From the NCBI GenBank assembly GCA_009859145.1, contig VRVR01000007.1:302448-366447 (forward strand): a DNA stretch of 64,000 nucleotides, given 5' to 3'. Under the pieces are notes generated by a model. That model saw only the letters and a program-made list of their open reading frames with translations, was not told where the DNA came from and searched no databases. The stretch comes from Andalucia godoyi And28 (Eukaryota; Protista; Jakobida). Position numbers and translations under genes: made by a program. Positions 1 to 8,816 of the stretch are shown here, piece after piece. Each line of letters opens with the position of its first letter. Within the stretch, counting starts at the first letter, position 1.

Positions 1-64
1 ACAGGGATAATGCGGGAGAAAAAGAAAGTAGAAGAAGAAAAATGACATGATAACAGTTAGATCT

Positions 65-2338
65 TTAGAATTCCGGGACGCAATACTTGGCGTTGATTCC
101 GCGGTTGTGCACATCGCCGCATCCTTTGAACAAATTGCAGGCGGTGGTGGTGATGAGATGACACCCGATCATGGAATACTCGCAGCTGATCGAGAATACA
201 GTCGCATCCGGAAGGGTCTCATCAAACTTTGTGATGACGTCGTTTTCAGGGGTGATAGTGGTCCAGTGCTTGCGGAGAGTGTTAAGACTCAGATCATCGA
301 TTAAATCACTCGTGTAGTGCAGCCCGGGAGATGAAAACGACACTGCCTTTGTTGAAGTCAATGCGGCAACGATTCCAGCGGTACCGGCCCCTAGGGAATG
401 ACCCGTGATGACAACTTGGCTTGCTGATTGTCTTTGCAATACATTCTCTCGGACATAGTCAAGGACGCCCTGGTAGTACGGGTCGCTCGGACGCAACGGG
501 TCGATCACGAAAGACAGCGCCTTGTCCAGTTTCATCATCGCGCCTGTCGGAATCAGGACGGATCCAATGCTGTACAATACCCCGGGCATCCACACGGCAA
601 GATCCTCGGCGGTGTCGCGAAAGTTTGCAGTCCCTCGGATTGAGATCACACTTCGATTATACACCGTGTCTTCCATGTGGATGAAAAATGCTTTGGATTG
701 GTCCGAGCTCCTGTGAGCAATCTTAAATGCCGACCACTCAAAGAAGTTTGTCATGTCCGTTTGCAGATTAGATTCCGACTTGTAAGCCAGCTGGGCAGCC
801 AGCACATAATCAATGATGGTCAGGTTCAACGGAAGAGCGTATGAACAAAATGAATATGGATCTGGAGACGGAAAAGGGTACGTCTTTGTCCCGGCAGTGC
901 TGTAGGTCGGAGCAGCCTGGGATGCTCCAAATCCAAAGCCGACGATCGCCGCCACAAGCAACAGGATGAACAGCATATAAATCGTGAAGAACACCAAAAA
1001 CGTAGTACCCTTTCGACTCAGGAATCCCTGCGTGAACAAGAGCATGCAAATTGCAAACACGCCCGTCTTCCATCCTACGCCAGCAAATGCAAAGATAATC
1101 AAGATGACTGCGTAGAAGGTTGCTGTACCCACAACAATCTTCGCCAGAAAGCGAGGGAAACGATACGCGATGACAGAATATGCCGCAAAAATGAATCCGC
1201 AAACAAGAACCGCTGCAAGCGAATAATAGGCCGGTAGTGCAAATGCTGCAATAAAGAGCAGTGTCAGGAGAAGAAAGGAAAGAATGGAGATGCGAACAAT
1301 CTGCTGTCGCGCAACTCCGCAATGGACAAGAAGCCACATCGAGGCAATGGACATATGGTCAGCATCATACGTTGGAAACCGCACCTTGACGGAAATGAGC
1401 ATAATCACCATCGCAGCATACAACAGCGTCAGCGAGATTGTCAAGTACACAACATTTGCAATGACAATCGTTGCAATAACGAAGAGAACGAGGACGAAAG
1501 TTACTGCAAGTCGAATTAGCCAGAAGGAGCGCTTTCTCCAAACAGGCGATGCGCGGCCGTCAGGGCACAGCTTCTTTTCCGCCTCTTCAGATCCTAGCTG
1601 TCGATCGGAAGCCCCTCCCGTTGAAGGCATGGTTGGAGCCGCATACCCGTCCACAGATCCCAGCCAATACGCTCTCATAAACTGCAACTTGTGCGCATAG
1701 TCCCGGAGTGTGCCAACAGCCCACATCAGGAGCATATGCAGCACGGAGACCGCAACTGCAGCGACATACCAGCTTCCGAAGGCATCGTTTGCGTCGCTCG
1801 TTGTCAACAAGACGATGAAAGCGGCGATCAATGGAACGAGATCGCATGTCAAGATCACCCACAGTTTGACGGCCAGTTCCACTCTTGGATGTTGTGGCTT
1901 TCCAAGAAGGATACGCCGGTACCGAACGTATGAATCAAGCGTAAAAGCATCCACAAAGAGCAGCACGAACGAATCCAAAAGACTGCAAAACCACACAATA
2001 ATCAGAAACACAAGTCCCAAAAACGTCATTTCTGACAGAATTGGGACGTTTTTTGCAAACAAGAATGAGAATCCTGCCTGAAACATCAGCTGCAGACCAA
2101 AAACCAGCGTGAATAGTGCGCCAAGGATGAATATGTAGGCCATGTAGAACCTCTGAATCAGCGGAAAGACAGACTCCACCACGTCGCGAAACGAGTAGAA
2201 ATCAGATGACGCCACTGCTGTTTCGCTGCGGTCCGATCGACTCCGATTTGACGGCATTTGCAAAGGCTGAAACAACACGATATTGGAGCTGGCTTCAGGA
2301 ACCCCATTCAACTGTCCATCTTGCGCACCTTCCGACAT
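65..2338 (-). CDS. Class 3 lipase (DAG-lipase-like) with a multi-pass N-terminal membrane region, ~757 aa
   Basis: GHSLG nucleophile elbow and SIRGT motif in the C-terminal domain; many hydrophobic helices upstream. Start placed at MSEGAQ (2338) because the longer ORF extension runs through a GA/CT-rich leader. Confidence 0.8.
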   Translation of the reverse strand: MSEGAQDGQLNGVPEASSNIVLFQPLQMPSNRSRSDRSETAVASSDFYSFRDVVESVFPLIQRFYMAYIFILGALFTLVFGLQLMFQAGFSFLFAKNVPILSEMTFLGLVFLIIVWFCSLLDSFVLLFVDAFTLDSYVRYRRILLGKPQHPRVELAVKLWVILTCDLVPLIAAFIVLLTTSDANDAFGSWYVAAVAVSVLHMLLMWAVGTLRDYAHKLQFMRAYWLGSVDGYAAPTMPSTGGASDRQLGSEEAEKKLCPDGRASPVWRKRSFWLIRLAVTFVLVLFVIATIVIANVVYLTISLTLLYAAMVIMLISVKVRFPTYDADHMSIASMWLLVHCGVARQQIVRISILSFLLLTLLFIAAFALPAYYSLAAVLVCGFIFAAYSVIAYRFPRFLAKIVVGTATFYAVILIIFAFAGVGWKTGVFAICMLLFTQGFLSRKGTTFLVFFTIYMLFILLLVAAIVGFGFGASQAAPTYSTAGTKTYPFPSPDPYSFCSYALPLNLTIIDYVLAAQLAYKSESNLQTDMTNFFEWSAFKIAHRSSDQSKAFFIHMEDTVYNRSVISIRGTANFRDTAEDLAVWMPGVLYSIGSVLIPTGAMMKLDKALSFVIDPLRPSDPYYQGVLDYVRENVLQRQSASQVVITGHSLGAGTAGIVAALTSTKAVSFSSPGLHYTSDLIDDLSLNTLRKHWTTITPENDVITKFDETLPDATVFSISCEYSMIGCHLITTTACNLFKGCGDVHNRGINAKYCVPEF

Positions 2339-2625
2339 TCCTGGGGACAAGACGAAGCAGGGGGGTCTCTCTTTCTCCTTTTCTCTCTTTCTGTCTTTCT
2401 GTCTTTCTGTCGGCTGACACTGCGAAGTTCCCAGTATCCGACTCGGGTGTAGAGCATTGCAGGAAGGTCGTTCGTGGTATTTCGACAACTGGCGACAGAA
2501 CCGCTGAGAAACGCGTTTCCATTTGCGCAGTGAAGAGGATAATCGGGAGACGACCAAAGGAGAGGATCGCGCAAGTGGCAAAAGTAAAGAAGTTGGAGCA
2601 GGGCGTGGGGGGGATTGGAAAAACC

Positions 2626-4119
2626 ATGAGCAGGTTTTACGACTTTGATGCGCTCGATGCTGGACAGGTGTCTGAGAGTGATGTGTTTACGATAACAACA
2701 GAGCTGCTTTCGAAGCGCTCGCATGGGCAATCGCTGGCGTTTTTCTCCACGCGCGTTTCGCCGAGTGGAAGCAATGACGAGGAGCATGACGACTCTGTTG
2801 CAATTCAGCTTGTGATGGCCAACCAGTATTTCTCTGGAACTAAGGAAGAGTTTGCAAATTGCTTGTCGTTCATGTCGGTCCAGTCTGTGGTCGAGGCTAC
2901 TGTGCGTCCGGGGAAGTCACGACGTGGAGAGCCTAGTTTATTTTGCACCGACGCCAAGTTGTTGCGCTGTTCCCCGCATCCTGAAACAATCATGTTGATT
3001 TTGGAGGCGGTCGATTCGGGCTCTCTGAGCAGAGACAAGGCGTGTGCGGTCCTGCGTTGCACCAACCAGGAGCTTGGAAACATGCTTATCTGTCTTGGAA
3101 AGGAGGCGCTGCAAAGCGACTTGAAAAGACTGCTGAATATCCAGGCTCGGGTTCTGCACGATTTGCCAGCTGACCATACGCGAATCCGCAAAACAAGACT
3201 GAGTGCAGCACAGTTCAAGGTTGTCGAGGAGGCAAGGGAGTGCTGTGCCTCTGTGCCGCTGCAGCATTCGGACGAGGCCGCTGCGCTCCCGAACGAGATC
3301 CTCGATGCAATTCAATCGCATTTGCCGAACGGGCTGTCCGACGAAGAAAAGAACAGACGGATTGAATACCTTCAGAGGAAGAAGATTAGGCAGATCAGCT
3401 GGTTTGTAGCACACTTGAAATCCACGATAGACAAGATTGCAGGCGCCAAGGGTTCGAAAGCCCTTGCAATATGGGATGTGGGTGGTGGCCGTGGCGATCT
3501 TGCCGCAGCTGTTGCCTGGGTGTTTCCTGAATGCTCTGTTCGCGTGCTGGACATCCAGCAGTCGTCGCTTCGGGCAGGTCAGCTCGTGAGTCGCACGCTC
3601 GGATTGACGAACATCGTGTTTGAACATGCCGACTTTCTTCAGAAGCTCAAGGCATCAGACTGCAGCAAGACTGAGTCTTGTGAGATTGCAGATGCCCCAG
3701 ACCTGGTGATTGCCCTTCACGCATGCGGTGGGCTTTCCGATGCCATTTTAGCGTACGTCGCCACACACCCTGCCGCAAGCTGTCTCATCTGCACTTGCTG
3801 TTTCACGAAGAACGTGGATCTTGCATTCCGTGCGTGGGATCGGGTGAACATGCCCCAGGGCCACTGGAGAAGCGTAGCTCCGTCTACCGACTTCTGTTCC
3901 GAAGTCTGCCGAATCGCAGAGAGCGTGAGCTGCGAAAGTGAGTCGCAGCTTGCCATGCACTGCTGCAACACGTTCCGATTGCGGGGGGTTCATCTCGTGT
4001 CTCAGGCTTCTGTGTGGAACCGTGCTTCATCTTTGAGCGAGCTCTTGACGTTCCCCTTGACGTACTCTGCTAAGAACCAAGTGATTCGTATTCTTCGCAT
4101 TCAATCCTCCTGCACTTAA
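2626..4119 (+). CDS. SAM-dependent methyltransferase (Methyltransf_32/GSTCD/METTL25-like) with an N-terminal LysRS-like OB-fold, ~497 aa
   Basis: Motif I WDVGGGRGDL, ALHACGGLSD and ICTCCF; the N-terminus resembles the class IIb aaRS anticodon-binding domain (VRPGKSRRGEPSLF). Start taken at ATG 2626 in an A-rich context. Confidence 0.75.
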   Translation: MSRFYDFDALDAGQVSESDVFTITTELLSKRSHGQSLAFFSTRVSPSGSNDEEHDDSVAIQLVMANQYFSGTKEEFANCLSFMSVQSVVEATVRPGKSRRGEPSLFCTDAKLLRCSPHPETIMLILEAVDSGSLSRDKACAVLRCTNQELGNMLICLGKEALQSDLKRLLNIQARVLHDLPADHTRIRKTRLSAAQFKVVEEARECCASVPLQHSDEAAALPNEILDAIQSHLPNGLSDEEKNRRIEYLQRKKIRQISWFVAHLKSTIDKIAGAKGSKALAIWDVGGGRGDLAAAVAWVFPECSVRVLDIQQSSLRAGQLVSRTLGLTNIVFEHADFLQKLKASDCSKTESCEIADAPDLVIALHACGGLSDAILAYVATHPAASCLICTCCFTKNVDLAFRAWDRVNMPQGHWRSVAPSTDFCSEVCRIAESVSCESESQLAMHCCNTFRLRGVHLVSQASVWNRASSLSELLTFPLTYSAKNQVIRILRIQSSCT

Positions 4120-4556
4120 CTTTGCAATTTCGTGTGTCTGCCTCCATCAGGAACACAACGTGCAAGAGAAGATTCCTTCGGATTCGCTCGTTGGCGCTTT
4201 ATGTAGCTGCTGATTCCCGGTACCGTTCTGCTGGGGCATACGAAACTTGACTGCTCGTTATTCGATCCACGTCGAAGCACAGCGAGGATCCGGGATCCGT
4301 TCTGCCCCCACCAGGTGAAAACAATCGTTGTTGCAAAATCTCCAAAACACGGGAGGCCCTAAAAAACCGTCCGAACACCCGATGCCACTCCAGAAGGTCT
4401 GTGCTCACGTCCTGCTCTTTCCCTCCGCCTCCATTTTGGCTTCCTTCTTTTTTTTTTTAAATCTCAAAAATCGATTTTCCCGGCTTTGCAGCGTTCTTTG
4501 AATAGTATCCCCTCCTCGCAAGCAAAAAAAAAGAGTCTGGTTTCGCGCCTAATCCT

Positions 4557-5279
4557 ATGTCGGTTGAAAACGCATCTACCTTTCTTGGCCCGTCGCCATC
4601 CGGTCTGTCTCCTCTGCGATCGCCCCACCACCATCACCACCCAGGATCGTCGCCTTCGCCGCTGTCGGACCTTTTGCAGCCGAGCCTTCCGCAAATCAAA
4701 AACAAGTACGGAAACGACCATTTGATCTTTGGAACGTCTCCCCAGCACCAGGGACTCTCAGCAAGCCCGCATGCACCGGGCTCTCCTGTTCGTTCGTTGG
4801 CTGTGCCCCTGAGCCCCTCTGGGTCATCGACAACGACAATGACATCGACGACGACGACACCTGCAATGATGATGATGCTTGGACCTTCGGAGCCGCTTGC
4901 GCCAATCCAACGAAGCAGAAGTCCCTCCCCTTCGCTCTTCCCCGAATCCATGCTCGACGTTGCGTTACCTTCGAATAATGGAACTCATCACCATCGCCAT
5001 CAAGAAGAGAGCCTCGGCGTGAAAAAGTCGCCATGGGCTTCCAACCGCGTCTTGGGGAAAGAGTACCGTCCTTCCGCCGATGCAAACATTGCAAAATCGC
5101 CGAATCCAGCCGAAATAGCCGTGCTTGCTGGAAAGCATCCAAAAAGTCACATCTCGAGGACAAAGCAACATTGTTCGCCGTCCAAAAGACCAGACTCTCC
5201 TTACCCGATGGACGGTCTGCCAATGGCACTTCGAAGAGCGCTCTCTCCCGGCACTCGCCACGTTGTTCCCTCTGTCTAA
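4557..5279 (+). CDS. Ser/Pro-rich low-complexity hypothetical protein, 240 aa
   Basis: ATG-initiated ORF flanked by AT-rich spacers; numerous SP motifs and a His run; no domain recognised. Confidence 0.55.
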   Translation: MSVENASTFLGPSPSGLSPLRSPHHHHHPGSSPSPLSDLLQPSLPQIKNKYGNDHLIFGTSPQHQGLSASPHAPGSPVRSLAVPLSPSGSSTTTMTSTTTTPAMMMMLGPSEPLAPIQRSRSPSPSLFPESMLDVALPSNNGTHHHRHQEESLGVKKSPWASNRVLGKEYRPSADANIAKSPNPAEIAVLAGKHPKSHISRTKQHCSPSKRPDSPYPMDGLPMALRRALSPGTRHVVPSV

Positions 5280-5625
5280 CTTGCAATTTTCTGTATTTTT
5301 TATTTTTGAATTCATGTTTCAGAAGCTCACGCTCCCCCCGCTCCCCGGTAGCAGTATGTATGAAGAATTAATCCAGTCGAGTGAAATGTAAATTAGTAAT
5401 CGAGTGTCCTTTTGTATTGTCTGTCGGTGTGCGTTCAGCATGCGGAGCAAACGAAGAGAGTCGGAGACATGACCCTCTCTGAACCACTGGACAGCTGTAG
5501 TCAGAACACTGCCTTTTTACTGGCGACAGTCAGTTGTAGCGCAAGCTATTTCGTTTTTGCTTTATTTTAACTTTCTTTTCCTTTCGTATATATATATATA
5601 TATATATTGGGATGAAATTAGATGA

Positions 5626-6051
5626 ATGTCAGGATTTCGAAATGCAGAAGAGTCGGTTCCGTTGTTACGAGATCGTTCAGAAGACAACGGTGGCTCTCTG
5701 AATCCTGAGCGTGAGTCTGGGTCAGTGATTCGAGCGCACGAAGACGACGAACAGGATGATGATCCGCAAGTGGCACTACAGCAGTTGTCGCATTCGCTGA
5801 CTCGTCTCCGATCGGTCGGAGAATCCATATCGGGGGAGCTGGACGCACAAGGACAGATGCTCGATGATCTCAACCGAGACATGGATTTTGTGAATCCGCG
5901 GTTGGCACGAAACAACCGAATCGCCACCCGGGTGCACACCGATGCCGATCGCAGCTCTTGCCTGCTGTGCATCGTTCTGCTGCTCCTGATGATGATAGTC
6001 GCTGTCTACTGCTTGTCGGTCATTGTCGACAAACTCAAAACGAAATCGTGA
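5626..6051 (+). CDS. Qc-type SNARE (syntaxin-8/Bet1-like), 141 aa
   Basis: SNARE heptad LSHSLTRLRSVGESISGELDAQGQMLDDL with a central Q, followed by a C-terminal TM helix. Confidence 0.8.
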   Translation: MSGFRNAEESVPLLRDRSEDNGGSLNPERESGSVIRAHEDDEQDDDPQVALQQLSHSLTRLRSVGESISGELDAQGQMLDDLNRDMDFVNPRLARNNRIATRVHTDADRSSCLLCIVLLLLMMIVAVYCLSVIVDKLKTKS

Positions 6052-6324
6052 TGTGGCGTGCTTCAAGTGATGCTGCTGTGCTGCGTTTTATGCCCGAAAA
6101 CCCGAATCCCGACTTATGTGCCCGACATGCGAAAAAGAGAACCAGAATATTCAAGTCTGTGTGCGTTTGCAACGTTTTTCGTGCTTTCCCTTTTTCTTTT
6201 TCTTTTTCTCTGTTTCTCAACGTCATCTTTCATTTTGACCTTCGTCTCGTGCTGCGCAGATTCGATTCCGTTTCGATTGGATATAATTTGGACGTTTTTA
6301 TTAATCGTTATTTTGATTAAGAGA

Positions 6325-7215
6325 ATGGAGTTTCCGGACCTTGGAAAGCACTGTCATTATTGCAAGCAGCTCGATTTCTTGCCGTTTGAGTGTTCCGAGT
6401 GCCATGAATTTCATTGCTTGGACCACCGACTTCCTCAGTCGCACTCTTGCAAAGCACAGTCCGAGTCCTCATCATCATCGGCGGTCTTTCTGCCGGCGGT
6501 GAGAACAACCAGGAAAGACGGACAATCCGTTCGCTGCAGTATTGTGAAGTGCGCAAATGCTTCGATCAAGTCGTGTCCACTGTGCGGATTTCGCTTTTGT
6601 GCGTATCATCGCGACCACTCCTGTGCTTCTGCGTCTCATCCTGCAACGGAAAGAGGCGCCGCAGCGGCTTTCTTGTCATCCCGGGTTGATGTGGACGGAA
6701 TTCTTGCACAGCTCTACGGACTGACGATCAAGGCCCCGGACACTTCTCGAGCCAAGTTTCATCTTGCGGCACTTATTCTGGATGAGAATCAGCGTCTGAC
6801 GAGCACCACGTTGAGCACAAAACCGGAAAACACTCTTTCGCAGGCGCTACGAATGGCGGTTGCCCCTCAAAAGTCACTCACGAATGACTTTGTGGTTGTG
6901 AACTGCAGGACAGGATACCGATTGGATGCGGAAAGACCCGTGCGATTCTATGGCGTAGGGGGGCTGTTTTTGAGTGGCGACGCAGTGATGGCTATTCCAA
7001 AGGAGCTTGCGCATTCATTGCTGCAGGAAAAGCAATTTTTGTATCAGGTGTGGGACATCATTAGCGTGCAATTTGGAGTGTCGCGATTCCTGGAGCAGGA
7101 AGCGCAGCTTGCAATCATGGGCTTTCAAGATTCAATGGTGGTTCGCGAACTGCTGCACAAATACTCCGGGAAAATGGAACTTGTAATCAATGAGCTTTTG
7201 TCAACTGCTGCATAA
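6325..7215 (+). CDS. AN1-type zinc-finger protein (ZFAND1/2-like) with two AN1 fingers and a C-terminal UBA-like domain, ~296 aa
   Basis: MEFPDLGKHCHYCKQLDFLPFECSECHEFHCLDHRLPQSHSC is a typical AN1 finger; second finger CSIVKC...CPLCGFRFCAYHRDHSC; C-terminal LAIMGFQD...LLHKYSGKMELVINELL resembles UBA. Confidence 0.8.
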   Translation: MEFPDLGKHCHYCKQLDFLPFECSECHEFHCLDHRLPQSHSCKAQSESSSSSAVFLPAVRTTRKDGQSVRCSIVKCANASIKSCPLCGFRFCAYHRDHSCASASHPATERGAAAAFLSSRVDVDGILAQLYGLTIKAPDTSRAKFHLAALILDENQRLTSTTLSTKPENTLSQALRMAVAPQKSLTNDFVVVNCRTGYRLDAERPVRFYGVGGLFLSGDAVMAIPKELAHSLLQEKQFLYQVWDIISVQFGVSRFLEQEAQLAIMGFQDSMVVRELLHKYSGKMELVINELLSTAA

Positions 7216-7396
7216 TGTAATCGCGTAGTCAAGCATGCAGTCGCCTAGCGAACGCGTTGATGAGGTCGTTGCCGTTTTTAAACGTAAATAAATCAAAAAC
7301 AGTTGCAAGACAGGTGTTTCGTCGTTCATGCAGTTTAATCCGAAAAGTAAAGCGCGGCACCGACCCCACGGCAACATCAAGGTGGTGTGAAAATCT

Positions 7397-8153
7397 TTAC
7401 TTCTTTTCGGAGTCCTGCATGCTCGGATAGTACATCTCATGCAACGCATTCGCGTACGCAACAAGATTCGTGTGGTTCTCCAGCAAATGAGACTTGATAA
7501 CGTTGTCCCACGGGCACTTTAAGAACCCAATCAATGTTCCGTACAGGCATGCATCAATTGTTGTTGGCTTCGACCCGCCAAAGTAGAACTTACGCTGACC
7601 GAGCTTCGCCGAGATCGCATCGACATCTTTGCGGCCCATACGATATATGACGTCTGGATCATGGCGGCCGATGCCATGTCCATGAAGCTCGCCAATGACC
7701 TTTTTCTGGATGCGCGGGAGGATGAACGGGGCAATAAACCACGGAAGCCCCGCAGATTCCTTGACAAGATTGTACATGTGGTTCCAGCCTTGTGGATCGA
7801 CCCAACGCGAATACACCATCACCCAGTACAAGTGCTCCTCGACGGTCCGACGGACACACAGAGCGTCTGCCTTCTGGTCTTCTGTCAAGTTTGCGTCAAG
7901 CCCTTGAGCCCCCGAGCGCTCTTCGAGGAAATCGATGCACTCTCCACTGTCGGCGATCATGTCGGTGCCGTTTTCAAGCACAATATACGGGAGCTTGCCT
8001 TTCGGAGCAGTGCGGGGATCGCCGCACAGGCGCATCTTGTACGGGATTCCCGACATGCGCAGATACGCATCAAGCTTGAGACAAAACGGAGAATTCGATA
8101 CAATTCCCCAGCCACCAGGAAAACTCACCAGTTCAATACAGCCACCATTTGTC

Positions 8154-8155
<2 letters not shown>
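7397..8155 (-). CDS. FAX/metaxin-like glutathione S-transferase-fold protein, 252 aa
   Basis: SPFCLKLDAYLRM, APKGKLPYI, ADSGECIDFL and the C-terminal KPTTIDACLYG motif. Confidence 0.8.

Positions 8156-8156
<1 letters not shown>

Positions 8157-8239
<83 letters not shown>
8157..8239. repeat. (TC)n microsatellite, ~41 units, directly upstream of the GST-like start codon
   Basis: Perfect dinucleotide run read directly from the sequence. Confidence 0.98.
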
Positions 8240-8243
<4 letters not shown>

Positions 8244-8816
8244 GTCTGTTTCTTACTTACTCACTTATTGTGTTTTGCTTGCGATCTGTGCGTCTTCAGA
8301 CGCGCTGCTCAGGTACTGGAGGGTTGCTTCAAAACCTGCTGGAACTGCATGAGCCTGTCGCAGCAGATTCCGCTTTTTTGTGCAGAACAGCTTGAATCGT
8401 TCGTAGACAGTCGGAGCTGGATCGCATTTGGGAATGTGCGCACCGCAAAATGTCGGTACGAGCGCAGTCTCCGAGGAGCGGGCACTTTCGCGGAACCCTA
8501 GCTCTCACACTGTTGTCACAACCCTAGTTTGCTCACACACACACTGGAGCCTTCTGTACGGGCAGAGTTGAAAAGCGCCATGCAGATTGTTGTTGCAGCG
8601 CTGTTATGGTTGTGTGGTTTGTGTTTTTGGAATAACCGCGTGCGTTCCTGTCTTCCCGAAACACACACGCACTCACACACATACACACACAGAGCCCTGC
8701 TCATGCTCATAGTCGTAGTCGTAGTCGTAGTGCACTAGTACAAGAAATTCAGAGGGCAGGTAAAGAAAAAGTAAGCGCAGCAGTAGTTTTGGCTATCACG
8801 CAAAGCCTTCTTCGTC

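Noticed and set aside
2206-2581. Apparent head-to-head overlap of the lipase and methyltransferase ORFs
   Set aside because: Both extensions begin at non-ATG or poor starts and run through a GA/CT-rich leader; the credible ATGs (2338 and 2626) give an ordinary ~290-nt divergent spacer.
5491-5550. U5 snRNA-like loop GCCTTTTTAC within a hairpin
   Set aside because: The loop has five U's rather than the invariant GCCUUUUAC, stem Ic is not properly formed and no clear Sm site follows. An Rfam scan would settle it.
7661-8501. ORFs with poly-(SL) tracts (7661..8395, 7935..8501, 8149..8352)
   Set aside because: Artefacts of the stop-free (TC)n microsatellite plus the antisense of the GST-like gene.
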